A DNA stretch of 64,000 nucleotides from Myxococcota bacterium. GTDB lineage: Bacteria; Myxococcota_A; SURF-8; G963663525. Below, in pieces: positions 29,844 through 39,536 of the stretch. The notes under the pieces are model-generated. The model worked only from the letters and a program-made list of their open reading frames with translations. It had not been told where the DNA came from and ran no database searches. The stretch lies in NCBI GenBank assembly GCA_963676915.2, contig CAXXVK010000067.1:1-64000 (forward strand), read 5' to 3'. The position numbers and the translations under genes were made by a program. Numbering within the stretch: the stretch's first letter is position 1; every line of letters begins with the position of its first letter.

Positions 29844-30437
29844 TCACTTCTCCCAATTATGCACGATGAAAACGTCACATAGGCCACAAGCGAACCAAAC
29901 CGAAACCTTTGGTGGGTACCCCTCGTTTGCTTTCGGAATTTCTCCGTTTTCGCCTTGCGAGAAGCTTCCCCCGGAAGCATCGGATCGTCTGTTGAGGCCA
30001 TGTGGAGCCTGGTCCAAATACACACTGGAAATCCCTGTGTTTTATCACCGTTACGATACCAGCAACGCCCTGCAAAGTCAACGAACGGCCAAGTTCCAAG
30101 AGGCAAAGCATCGGGTGACATCCTCGGTGTTTTCTTAGAGGTTTACGGTACTCGCAGGGGAAAGGGTACGTAGAGCGCTTTTGTACAAAATGAACGTAAA
30201 TTTCGCTTTTTTTGCAAGGATTACGCAGGTTGTGCAACAGATAGGGAAAGAACGTTCGCTGCGTAAGAAAATCCAGTAAAAACATGAAGTTATAATCAAA
30301 ATTGTGTTGGCAAGGCGGGGCGCAACATCAAGTGCCGAAGTGTCGATTTTCAACATTACCGGGGAGAAGTCCCTTTCTCCATCCGAAGGGAAGGGATGTT
30401 TCTGGAAATGGAAAACCAAACGAAACAAGGAAAAACC

Positions 30438-31043
30438 ATGAATCCGAAATACCGTTATCGAATGGATATGATGAAAAAACACTTTCCAAGTTCCGGGAAA
30501 TTGCTGGATGTAGGCTGTGGAAGTGGAACGTGGGCCAAGCGAGTGGGTAGGGCCTTTCAACTTGTTCCGTATGGAATCGATGTTGTCAACGGCAATCAGG
30601 AAGACATTGAGTTTCAGGTGTACGATGGATCGGTTTTACCTTTTGCCGATGGCTTTTTCGATGCCGCGCTGGTGATTCACGTTCTGCATCACGCCCATAC
30701 TCCCGAGCGGCTAGTCGGGGAAATCGCTCGTGTCGTTCGTGCCAAGGGAAAGATCCTCATTCTTGAAGACATGGCTTCGTCTCGTTTACAAAACGTATTG
30801 ACCAAACTGAGCGACCTGTATTTGAATCGGGTACGGAATTTCGTGATGGCGTTGCATGGAACGAGAAAATTCGAAATGACGAAAGTTCCGATGACCTACA
30901 AAATTCGAAGTTATCCCGAGTGGGTCCGAACGTTTTCCCGTCACGGGCTGGACGTGCTTGAAATGCGATCCGTTTCCCATTGTTATGTAGAGCACGGAGC
31001 CTTCGTTTTGCAGAAAAGGGGACGGGAAGGGTTTGAAGCATAA
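30438..31043 (+). CDS. Class I SAM-dependent methyltransferase
   Basis: LLDVGCGSG, YDGSVLPFADGFFD, HVLHH, EIARV. Start could be 30396-30438. Confidence 0.9.
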   Translation: MNPKYRYRMDMMKKHFPSSGKLLDVGCGSGTWAKRVGRAFQLVPYGIDVVNGNQEDIEFQVYDGSVLPFADGFFDAALVIHVLHHAHTPERLVGEIARVVRAKGKILILEDMASSRLQNVLTKLSDLYLNRVRNFVMALHGTRKFEMTKVPMTYKIRSYPEWVRTFSRHGLDVLEMRSVSHCYVEHGAFVLQKRGREGFEA

Positions 31044-31177
31044 AGAAGATAAGGCAATAATATCAGCTTGTTAGAGAAATATTGGTATGTTCGTAAAAAT
31101 CGAATGTATAAGGGTTTACTTGGTTGTCTGCTTAATGAATACAGGTGAACCAACGTGATCCACCTGCATAAGTGTAT

Positions 31178-31795
31178 CTATTGTCCGCAGGTTTCGTTCG
31201 GTTCGGCCAGGATGGCGTCGAAATCTTCTTGGCTGATGTATTGCGGATCATAGCTGGCTTCCGACGAATCAAGCGCCGACGTGAATGATCGCAAGTGGTT
31301 TCGCGATCCGCATTGCAAGGATGAATACATGTTTAAAACGCTCTGGTCGGAGGTTCTCGACTTCATTTCCTCGATGTCTTTGATGTCCAGATCCTCGATC
31401 GTCGCTCCCACCTGCAAAGCTGCCGTTTCGGATTCCTCTCCAAATTCTACGAGATCCGAGTAAAGATCTCTGAGTTCGGCATTGACGAAGGCTCCGACGC
31501 TGTCATCTGCTACGGGGTCCGTAACTCCCAGCGATTCCATGATTGTTTTGACCTGGGTCATGTGGGTCTGTTCGGACGAGGCGATGTTGTTGTGAAGTGA
31601 CAAGCCCCACTTGTCGTAAAGAGTCAGGTAAACATCCCGTGCCAGTTTCTCTTCTTCACGTAAAAACTGTAGATCTTCAGCCAGAGTCGGGTCCACGTTG
31701 TTACCGTCGTTTTCACCACTGTCGTCGTCGCCTCCGCAAGCTGTCAGGGCGAGCATTGCGAAAAGAACTAGAAAAATTATCCTACGAATTGTCAT
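31178..31795 (-). CDS. DUF2202 ferritin-like lipoprotein
   Basis: Lipobox LTAC; REEEKLARDVY, SEQTH, IEDLDI, GSRNHLRSF. Confidence 0.88.
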   Translation of the reverse strand: MTIRRIIFLVLFAMLALTACGGDDDSGENDGNNVDPTLAEDLQFLREEEKLARDVYLTLYDKWGLSLHNNIASSEQTHMTQVKTIMESLGVTDPVADDSVGAFVNAELRDLYSDLVEFGEESETAALQVGATIEDLDIKDIEEMKSRTSDQSVLNMYSSLQCGSRNHLRSFTSALDSSEASYDPQYISQEDFDAILAEPNETCGQ

Positions 31796-32061
31796 TTTTC
31801 CCCCTCGTCCTGTATGGTTGCCGTGTTGGATCGTGCTAAAATTATGGTAATTCAGGCAAAAGTTATTGCCGGATCAACCACGTGACTTCCCTTGGAGTCA
31901 TGAAGTGAAAGGCTATATCCGGCTCAAACAGCGAAAGACCATCTAAATATTACCATAAAGCCGTTTTAGTGGCAATAATCGCGAAAAAGTTTACTTTGAT
32001 TGGCATATAAACCAAGAAAAGGTACAGGAAAACCAACAGAATAAGCGACGACGAGCGAACC

Positions 32062-33024
32062 TTACAGCCTGCCGGTTCGGCTAAGCAGATTGGCCGCCGC
32101 GCCCACCATGCCACCTTCTTCCCACAAGATGCATGGCCGGATTTCGACATCTTTGGCCACTGCCGTGAAGGCGTAATCTCTGATGTTTTTCTCCATCTGA
32201 GGTCGGAAATGTTCCAAGGCTCTTGCAATACCACCGGCTACCAGAATGACTTTGACATTCAAGGTGTTGAGCAACCCGGCGGAGACGATTCCAAGCGCCT
32301 GTCCGAGGTCGTCCCAATATTGTTGTGCTTTGGAATGACCTTCTTTGGCCATTTCGGCCAGTGTAGCCGCCAGTCGGCTTTCATGACCTGCGCGTTCGAG
32401 GGCTTCGCTAAAGCTTTCGGCCTTGGCGCGGCGAAGCAAACCCGTTGAAGAGGCTATAGTTTCCAAACAACCACGAGAACCGCAACCGCAGGGTTCGCCT
32501 TCGGGAAAAACGTTGATGTGACCGATTTCTCCGGCCATGCCGTCCACGCCGTTCCACAGATCGCCGTTCAAAAAGACTGCCCCACCCAGTCCCGTACCGA
32601 GAGCCATGGCGAAAAAATGCCGTTCGTTGCGGCATGCGCCCTGCCAGGCTTCGCCACGGGCAATCGCGTTGACATCGTTTTCGATGGCAACAGGCCGCTG
32701 TAAACGCTCCGATAGACGTTTGGAAAACTCGAAATCGTGCCATTTCGGAAAGTTGGGAGACTCGGTGATAATTCCCTGGGCCGTATCGATCACGCCAGCG
32801 ATACCCAATCCCACGCCAATCAGACCGTCCAGTGAAACATCGTTAGATTTCAAGATGTTGCTCACAATCGCTTCGGTCGCATCGAGGATTCCGGCTTCGG
32901 TTTTATCCGATTCTTCCAGTAAATATTTCTCGGTGGCAAGCAATTGACCGTTTTCGGTCAGCAAACCAGCCTTGAGATTCGTTCCGCCGATATCGATGCC
33001 GATGACGTGTGAGGGAGAAGACAT
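32062..33024 (-). CDS. ROK-family sugar kinase (glucokinase-like)
   Basis: GIDIGGT, ENDVN, GTGLGG, GEIGH, CGCGSRGCLE. Confidence 0.92.
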   Translation of the reverse strand: MSSPSHVIGIDIGGTNLKAGLLTENGQLLATEKYLLEESDKTEAGILDATEAIVSNILKSNDVSLDGLIGVGLGIAGVIDTAQGIITESPNFPKWHDFEFSKRLSERLQRPVAIENDVNAIARGEAWQGACRNERHFFAMALGTGLGGAVFLNGDLWNGVDGMAGEIGHINVFPEGEPCGCGSRGCLETIASSTGLLRRAKAESFSEALERAGHESRLAATLAEMAKEGHSKAQQYWDDLGQALGIVSAGLLNTLNVKVILVAGGIARALEHFRPQMEKNIRDYAFTAVAKDVEIRPCILWEEGGMVGAAANLLSRTGRL

Positions 33025-33038
33025 GTTTCTTCCTTATT

Positions 33039-34421
33039 TCAACGTTTGAGACGTTTACGGGGAAAGCGCTCGTCCAAGATGACTTCCGAGACGTGTACGC
33101 CCAGTTTTCCTTTGGCCAGACGCACTTCAAGCGGCGATCCTTCGAGGATTCGCGAGGCGTCGGTCACGATATTCCCGTCAGGGGTGGTGGTCAGGCTGTA
33201 TCCCCGATCCAGCACCCGAAGTGGGGAAAGGGCATCGAGCGAACGAGCCAGCCGAGCGAGGTTCTGCCGTTGCGTGGGAACGTTACCCAGCGCATGAAAA
33301 CGTAGAGCCTGCGCCGCATAGTGAAGCCGTTTACGCAAATTATCGAGGTCGGCTTGCGGGCTTTGGCGTTCAAGTCGTCTCGAAGTACGAGCCAGGTTGT
33401 CGCGTCGATCGTGCAAAAGCGTTTGTATTCGACGAAGCAGGCGATGTTCCAGGTTGTCCAACGTCAACCGTTGATCCGCGAGGCGACGCTCCGGGGATTT
33501 CAGTTTTCCTTGAAGACGTTGCAGATCGAGCCGGAAACGAGCAACCCGATAACTTTGCGCCTTTTCCAGTCGGGCGAGCAGAGCGAAGAGGTCTTCCCGT
33601 TGATCTCGCAACGGTGGAACCGCCAACTCTCCCGCCATGGATGGCGTGGCGGCGCGAACGTCCGCAACGAAATCGCAAATGGTGAAATCGGTTTCGTGGC
33701 CTACCGCCGAAATCACCGGCAATGGGCAATTGGCCACGGCGCGGGCTACGATTTCCTCGTTGAAGGCCCAGAGATCCTCGATGGAACCACCGCCTCGACC
33801 GACGATAACCAGTTCGTGAGATGGATCTTTTCCGGCTTTTTCAAGGGCTTCGGCGATTTCTTCGGCAGCGCCTTCGCCCTGAACCCGAACGGGAATCAAC
33901 CGTAGCAATGTGTGCGGATGGCGACGATGAATCACCCGGATGAGATCCCGTACGGCGGCTCCTCGTGGAGAAGTGATCAGTACGATGGTTCTCGGAAACG
34001 GTGGCAAAGGCTTTTTGCGCGTCGGGTCGAACAGACCTTCTTCTTCGAGTTTTCGCTTGAGTTGCTCGAACAATTCCCGAAGACGGCCCGTCCCTTTGTC
34101 CTCCATCGAACTTACGATGATCTGGTAGGAACCGCGAGGTTCGTACAAACCGATGCGCCCATGGATGACGACGGATTGACCTTCTCTGGGAACGAATCCC
34201 AGTCGGGATGCCTGACCTTTGAACATGACGCAGGAAATCTGCGAGCGTTCGTCTTTTAATGTAAAATAGACATGTCCCGAATGAGCCTGTGTAACATTGG
34301 ACAACTCACCCTCGACCCATAGCGAGGGCCAGTTTGTTTCCAGAACGTTTTTGATTTGGGCCGTAAGTTGACGGACCGTGTAAATCTGGCGTTCGGTTTT
34401 GGCTCGATTTCGTTCATTCAT
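33039..34421 (-). CDS. xseA: Exodeoxyribonuclease VII large subunit
   Basis: WVEGELSN, SGHVYFTLKD, TSPRGAAVRD, RGGGSIEDLWAFNEE, AVGHETDFT, ATPS, LDRGY. Confidence 0.97.
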   Translation of the reverse strand: MNERNRAKTERQIYTVRQLTAQIKNVLETNWPSLWVEGELSNVTQAHSGHVYFTLKDERSQISCVMFKGQASRLGFVPREGQSVVIHGRIGLYEPRGSYQIIVSSMEDKGTGRLRELFEQLKRKLEEEGLFDPTRKKPLPPFPRTIVLITSPRGAAVRDLIRVIHRRHPHTLLRLIPVRVQGEGAAEEIAEALEKAGKDPSHELVIVGRGGGSIEDLWAFNEEIVARAVANCPLPVISAVGHETDFTICDFVADVRAATPSMAGELAVPPLRDQREDLFALLARLEKAQSYRVARFRLDLQRLQGKLKSPERRLADQRLTLDNLEHRLLRRIQTLLHDRRDNLARTSRRLERQSPQADLDNLRKRLHYAAQALRFHALGNVPTQRQNLARLARSLDALSPLRVLDRGYSLTTTPDGNIVTDASRILEGSPLEVRLAKGKLGVHVSEVILDERFPRKRLKR

Positions 34422-34454
34422 GGGCGAATGCTATCACAAATGGACACAGGGTCG

Positions 34455-34484
34455 AAAAAAAAGCGAAGCCAAAAAGGCTTCGCT
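34455..34484 (-). terminator. Rho-independent terminator downstream of the HxS-repeat gene
   Basis: Minus strand AGCGAAGCC-TTTTT-GGCTTCGCT followed by a T-run. Confidence 0.8.
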
Positions 34485-34610
34485 CGAAGGGGATGGATTA
34501 GGGGGCCCGGTTTTCGGTCTCTGGAAAGGGCAGGGAAACGTCGTTTTCATCGAACCATGGGCACGATGAACCCAAAAGGCTCCCGGACCGATTCCGGGTA
34601 GAAAAAGGAT

Positions 34611-34973
34611 TTACCAGCTACCGTGAGATCCGTGAGATCCGTGAGAACCATGAGATCCATGGGAAGCATGGGAGCCATGCGAGCCGTGGGAGCCATGAGA
34701 ACCATGGGAGCCGTGGGAGCCGTGCGAACCATGAGAGCCGTGGGAACCGTGCGAGCAGTGTCCGGCATGAAGCTGGCCGTCCTGGACATCCATATCGCTA
34801 TGGTCGGGATTGAATTCCCCGGCTTCCGCCTCTGTGGCGTCCACGGTCTGTCCAAGGAGAAGGAGGGTCGTAGAAACGGTCAAAGCCTGTTTCTTCGTGA
34901 TTTTTCCTTCTTCGCTCTGCAAAAACTGGGCTACCCGTTTTTTCAGTGTCGGTAGCTTTTTGGCGGAACTCAT
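34611..34973 (-). CDS. His-Xaa-Ser repeat protein (HxsA-like RiPP precursor)
   Basis: Strong SD (AAGGAGG) upstream; leader KKRVAQFLQSEEGKITKK plus a hydrophobic stretch; core HCS-(HGS)9-HAS-(HGS)5-W. Confidence 0.85.
   Translation of the reverse strand: MSSAKKLPTLKKRVAQFLQSEEGKITKKQALTVSTTLLLLGQTVDATEAEAGEFNPDHSDMDVQDGQLHAGHCSHGSHGSHGSHGSHGSHGSHGSHGSHGSHASHGSHGSHGSHGSHGSW
34617..34760 (-). repeat. 9-bp-period coding repeat (16 His-x-Ser triplets)
   Basis: Counted from the DNA: 14 HGS, 1 HAS, 1 HCS, with varied synonymous codons. Confidence 0.95.
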
Positions 34974-35038
34974 TGCTCACCCTCCTTCAAATGTGGAAAG
35001 GTTGGATTTCCACAAATCCTTTTCCTAATCATATGCAC

Positions 35039-35067
35039 GTTTTATCAAGATTACCCATGAAAGTCAA
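35039..35067 (-). promoter_or_regulatory. Candidate sigma70 promoter for the HxS-repeat gene
   Basis: Minus strand TTGACT, 17 bp, TAAAAC preceded by TGn (extended -10), about 65 bp upstream of the ATG. Confidence 0.4.
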
Positions 35068-35484
35068 TAAAGCTTTCTTGTACGAACCGGCATAAAGTTC
35101 AGCAGTACTCAAATGATGCAAAAAACACGCCTTTTTCCAAGTTTGCGGCAGAAATACGAGAACGAAAACTGCTCCAAAATGATAAAACCGAACTCAACCC
35201 TTTGAAATTCAATGTATTTTTCTTGCCACGACCCTCGATTCTTAAGAATAAGACGAGCAAAACGCCAAAGTTTCCGATATTTCAAAAAAATTCTTTGTTT
35301 AATCGATCCTTTGGTTTTTTGTTAATCGTTCTCAGGATGAAATCCTGTATCTATTCAAGAATACAGAGAAATTCAGAAGTTGCAATGATAAATCACAGGT
35401 CGGTTCATCTTGCCGGATCTTTTGGCTCAATGTATCGAAAAAGGAAAATTTTTCGTACCTCGGCATTTTTTTCGTTGCGATGTT

Positions 35485-37929
35485 TCAGGATATCTCTGTC
35501 GTTTGTTGCAACGATACGTAGGCACAGGCTACGGCAACGAGGTAGCATAGTGCACCGACAACCGCTGTAAACGTGATGCCGAAGGCCAGAGACGCCACCA
35601 CCGCCAGTACGGAGCCTACTACCGACATCGCTCCGTTGACGGCCCAGAGCCACGGTGTTTGTTCCGGTACGCGCCCGGCAGCAAGACCGATACCGATGGG
35701 AAATCCCATACCGAGTGTCAAGCCCATAAGGCCGACGACTCCAAGCGCCAGAGCCAGGCGAATCGGAACGGAGGTTCCGTGCAGGATTCCAAGCAAAGAC
35801 GGTGTGGTCAGAGAAAGGACGATCTGCACGACGAACAGCACTCCGAGCGCTGCCAACGCGCTTTTGCGCACCTTTTCATTGTCGATGAAAACCCGTTGGG
35901 TCAGATAACTTCCGGCACCGGTAGCCAGCAAAATTCCGAACAGCACCACCGCGAGAGAATACACCGGATGCCCCAGGAAAATCGTCAATCGCTGAATGGC
36001 CGCCAACTCTACCAGAATGAATCCCAGGCCGATGGAGGCAAAATACAGACTATGTGGCAACAGGCGGAAGCGAGGCAGCGGAGCATGATGTCGTGAGGCC
36101 AGTTTCAGTGGCAACAATAGACCGCCGACGGCCAGGAGAATCACCATTCCCAAGCACATCAGAAGCACTACGACGGCGCGCATGTTGAAGCTGGTGACCC
36201 ATTGGGCCTGACGGTCGGTGCGGAAGATGTCGGAAAATCGTAACGTCTGGAAAAAGAAGGGTTTATCGTCGGTTGAAGGGGTTACATCCAGTTGATAATT
36301 GGCGACGATACTTTCATGGGTTTCGGGTGACAGCACAAGTGCGAAGTCTTCGGGGTCGGACATTTCCCACGTATGCAACGGCGTGAACTTGTAGATTTTC
36401 ATCACGTCGGCGAACGTGGCGAGATCTTTTGCCGTAAACGGTTTTTTGGAAATCAGAATGGTTCCCACACCGGTTTTGCTGCCTTCATGCTCGTCGAACT
36501 CCGTTGCGGCGATCAACACATGCTTGCGTGGTTCTTTGATGCCCATTTTTCGCAAAGCAGCATAAGCCAGGGAGGCGCAACGCAGCATTTCTCCTGGACG
36601 TTCCCGAACCCACCAGCGGGAAAACGTAATCACACCCCGATCGGTGGAATGGTTCAGAAATTCCACCCAGGCTTCTTGCGTGTACAGAGAATTCTCCGTC
36701 AGGGTGAAGGCTCCGGCTGCCGTAGCGGCCCAGGAATCGATCAGGCTGGCTTGTATGATGTCGAATCGCTCCCCCGAGCGCTCGATGTAGCTGCGTGCTT
36801 CGTCGTGAATGAAGCGGACTTTGGAATTCCGGGCCAAACGTCCGGTGAAATCGGCGAAATCGTACTCCAGCAAGTTCAGGATATCCTTGTTGATTTCCAC
36901 GCCCGTGACCCTCGGTGCATTGAACAGCAGAGCGGTCACAATGTCCCGTCCACCGCCGACGCCGATCACCAGAGTGTCCGACTCGGGACGAAGATGATGC
37001 GCCAGAGACGTGATATCGTAGCGCAAATGTTCTACCTGCTCGGCTCGTTTGCCGTCCCATTGGGTGAACACCGTACCGGCGGCGGCATCGATGAACAGGA
37101 AAAGTTGTTTGGGATGGTTGTCCCCTTTGTAAACCGGTGACATTCCCCAACTGAACGCGCCTTGCGAAACATCTTTATGCACGGCGATGGCGGCGTGACT
37201 GTTCCAGCGTTCCACGAGCGGTTCGGAGGTCACCGGCTCGGCTGTGGGGAGTCCGAATACATTTTTAACGAATTGAAAGCGAAACGGTTTGGCGAACGGC
37301 TGGATGATCGTCAGAAAGAGCAATACCGCGCAAATCGCCCCGGCCACTTTTCGCCAGCGTTTCGATCCTGCCAATACCAGACCGGCGGCGGCGGCGAGGA
37401 AGGTTGAGGCCAGTACTACGCCCGGACCGGTCAACGGCGACATCAGGGCCAGTACCAGCAGGCAACCGAGCGCAGCTCCGACCAGATCGAAGGTATACAG
37501 CAGTCCCGAACGGGCGGGCCAGCGAGTCAGCAACAGGCACACCGCCACCCCGGAGAACAGAAACGGTACGAGCGCCAGCAGAAAGCTGGACAACACCGTT
37601 GCCAGACCGAAGACGGTCAACGTCGGGGAGAAGGGAATCCAGAGCAAAAGAGCCAGTCCCACACCACCGGTCACGGCCTGACCCACAGCCAGCAACGCAA
37701 GGCGGTCGTCGAGTTTTTCACGAGGGAACCAGCTTCCTTTGAGATACACTACCACCGCGCCGAAGCTCAGCCCGAAAAGAGCCAGACTGATCGCCATAAA
37801 GGCGTAATGATACCACATCGTGATGCTGAAAATGCGAGTCAATGCGATTTCAAGCATCAGGGTTGCACCGGTAAACAGGGAAATCCCGACAAAATGTTTA
37901 ACGTGCGGTTTGCTGGCGGGGTCCGTCAT
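35485..37929 (-). CDS. Spermidine-synthase-like SAM-binding domain flanked by N- and C-terminal multi-TM domains
   Basis: VIGVGGGRD, VEIN, DEARSYI, FDIIQASLIDSW and ENSLYTQEA; about 7 TM helices each side (GLGFILVE...FLGHP, WAVNG). Confidence 0.85.
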   Translation of the reverse strand: MTDPASKPHVKHFVGISLFTGATLMLEIALTRIFSITMWYHYAFMAISLALFGLSFGAVVVYLKGSWFPREKLDDRLALLAVGQAVTGGVGLALLLWIPFSPTLTVFGLATVLSSFLLALVPFLFSGVAVCLLLTRWPARSGLLYTFDLVGAALGCLLVLALMSPLTGPGVVLASTFLAAAAGLVLAGSKRWRKVAGAICAVLLFLTIIQPFAKPFRFQFVKNVFGLPTAEPVTSEPLVERWNSHAAIAVHKDVSQGAFSWGMSPVYKGDNHPKQLFLFIDAAAGTVFTQWDGKRAEQVEHLRYDITSLAHHLRPESDTLVIGVGGGRDIVTALLFNAPRVTGVEINKDILNLLEYDFADFTGRLARNSKVRFIHDEARSYIERSGERFDIIQASLIDSWAATAAGAFTLTENSLYTQEAWVEFLNHSTDRGVITFSRWWVRERPGEMLRCASLAYAALRKMGIKEPRKHVLIAATEFDEHEGSKTGVGTILISKKPFTAKDLATFADVMKIYKFTPLHTWEMSDPEDFALVLSPETHESIVANYQLDVTPSTDDKPFFFQTLRFSDIFRTDRQAQWVTSFNMRAVVVLLMCLGMVILLAVGGLLLPLKLASRHHAPLPRFRLLPHSLYFASIGLGFILVELAAIQRLTIFLGHPVYSLAVVLFGILLATGAGSYLTQRVFIDNEKVRKSALAALGVLFVVQIVLSLTTPSLLGILHGTSVPIRLALALGVVGLMGLTLGMGFPIGIGLAAGRVPEQTPWLWAVNGAMSVVGSVLAVVASLAFGITFTAVVGALCYLVAVACAYVSLQQTTEIS

Positions 37930-38112
37930 GTTCTCGTTTCTTTCTCGTAACTTATGTCGTTATTTACGTCGTGAAATTCTTAAAAGAGTGACTTTTAGAC
38001 GGCCTGAAAGCCTAGGTCTGTGTACACTATTTTGCAATAATTTGCGAAAAAGCACCCGGAATAGGATGAAAAAAGATTGAAAAATCCGAACTCGTACGCG
38101 AAGGATTCCGAC

Positions 38113-39129
38113 CTAAAAAATCCCTGCAATTTCATACCCGCAAGAATCGCAACGGTTGCCGTCGAGGTTCAACGTATCTACCTGAAATCCCGTTCGCTCG
38201 ATAAGCAACCGCCCGCAGGACGGGCAATGCGTCGAGCTGTGCCGGCTGTCACGCAGGTTTCCGGCGTATACGTAATGCAATCCGGCTTCTTTTCCGATTT
38301 CGCAGGCGTCGAGCACTCTTTTTGCACTCGTCGGTCCCCGATCCGTCATGCGATAATCCGGGTGAAAGGCCGAGACATGCCAGGGAAGATCCGGGCTTAC
38401 GGATACGAGAAACTCGGCGATTTCACGAAGCTCCTCGTTCGTATCGTTGAAATCGGGCACGACGAGCGTTGTAGCTTCGACAAAGGTTCCGGCCTTCCAC
38501 ATTCTCTCGATCGTGTCGAGCACAGGTTGGAGCTTTCCTCCGCAAACCTTCCGGTAGTTTTCGTCCTGAAAGCTTTTCAGGTCGATATTCGCTGCGACCA
38601 ACAGGCCATCGAACGCCTCGAACGCTTCCTCTGTGAGAAACCCGTTCGATACAAAAACCGACGCGATTCCCAGCCGTTGAGCTTCTTCGGCACAGTCGCG
38701 TGCCAACTCGAAGAACATTGTCGGTTCGTTGTAGGTGAATGCCACGGTGTCACAGTTCGCCCGCCGCGCTTGATGCGCCAGTTGGTCGGCTCTTAGATCG
38801 GATTGTGGCAGACGTTCGGGATTCCGAAGTCTCGGCATTTGCGACAAGTCGGCATTCTGGCAGAATTCACAGGTGAAATTGCATCCGAACGTCCCGAACG
38901 AATAGGCCAGCGTTCCAGGTTTTACATGGTATAAAGGCTTTTTCTCGATAGGATCGATGTTCCGGGCGATGACTCCTCCGTATGTTGCGGTATACAGGGT
39001 TCCGTTTCGATTGTATCGAACCTTGCATTTTCCCCGCTTTCCATCGTGGATCGTACAACGATGACTGCAAAGGGCGCACTGCACGGCTTGGTTGTCGAGT
39101 GTCCGGTACAGCTTCGCTTCTTTCTCCAT
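38113..39129 (-). CDS. amrS: AmmeMemoRadiSam system radical SAM enzyme
   Basis: N-terminal CALCSHRC...GKCKVR, DPIEKKPLYH, GCNFTCEFCQN (CxxxCxxC), TYNEP, NIDLK, FHPDY, YVYAGN and C-terminal CPSCG. Start re-set to MEKEA. Confidence 0.92.
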   Translation of the reverse strand: MEKEAKLYRTLDNQAVQCALCSHRCTIHDGKRGKCKVRYNRNGTLYTATYGGVIARNIDPIEKKPLYHVKPGTLAYSFGTFGCNFTCEFCQNADLSQMPRLRNPERLPQSDLRADQLAHQARRANCDTVAFTYNEPTMFFELARDCAEEAQRLGIASVFVSNGFLTEEAFEAFDGLLVAANIDLKSFQDENYRKVCGGKLQPVLDTIERMWKAGTFVEATTLVVPDFNDTNEELREIAEFLVSVSPDLPWHVSAFHPDYRMTDRGPTSAKRVLDACEIGKEAGLHYVYAGNLRDSRHSSTHCPSCGRLLIERTGFQVDTLNLDGNRCDSCGYEIAGIF

Positions 39130-39182
39130 CGTTCCGTCTTTCCCTTGCCTGCTTTTTTCGGAGCTTTTCCCGAACGATTCGT

Positions 39183-39485
39183 TCAATCTTCCGAAACGAT
39201 GCGCTCCGGCCCGGCGTTTCCGGCGATGCGTTCGTATTTTCCCTTGCCTGCCTTGCGAAACGTGGTGAAACCTTTTTTCGCGGCGTTGTCGTAATCGATT
39301 TTGCCCGTAATGTTCAGATTGCTCCGAGTCTCGGCCGGTTTGGAGATAACCTTCGTCAATTCTCCATCTCCGGGCTTGCCTTCCATTTTGCAATCTCCCG
39401 CACAAAACTTTCGGACGGAGGCGGAATGGTGAATGATTTCAATGATTTTACCGCACTTTTGACACTTGTACTCATAGATCGGCAT
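39183..39485 (-). CDS. FmdB-family zinc-ribbon protein
   Basis: MPIYEYKCQKCG start; KKGFTTFRKAGKGKYE tail. Confidence 0.85.
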   Translation of the reverse strand: MPIYEYKCQKCGKIIEIIHHSASVRKFCAGDCKMEGKPGDGELTKVISKPAETRSNLNITGKIDYDNAAKKGFTTFRKAGKGKYERIAGNAGPERIVSED

Positions 39486-39536
39486 GACTTGTCCGCTTCC
39501 TGTGGAATTCGGTTTCTTAAACGTCTCGAACCGTAC

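Noticed and set aside
29844-30437. ncRNA or riboswitch in the 590-bp divergent intergenic region
   Set aside because: Only weak hairpins; no recognisable SAM or other riboswitch, or tRNA, consensus by eye. An Infernal/Rfam scan would be decisive.
34617-34760. Short periodic repeat as a CRISPR array or VNTR
   Set aside because: The period is 9 bp with no spacers, it is in frame with an SD-led ORF, and the variation is mostly synonymous; no cas genes.
34623-34955. Plus-strand ORF with (M/V)-(R/G)-(S/A/T) repeats
   Set aside because: Antisense shadow of the HxS gene; the SD and terminator support the minus strand.
38113-39129. Radical SAM enzyme as the HxsB/HxsC maturase
   Set aside because: Its motifs are those of the AmmeMemoRadiSam family, with no RRE or SPASM domain; kept only as a speculative neighbour.
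39130-39405. N-terminal extension of the radical SAM ORF in the track (430 aa)
   Set aside because: It overlaps the FmdB-like gene; family similarity begins at MEKEA (39129).
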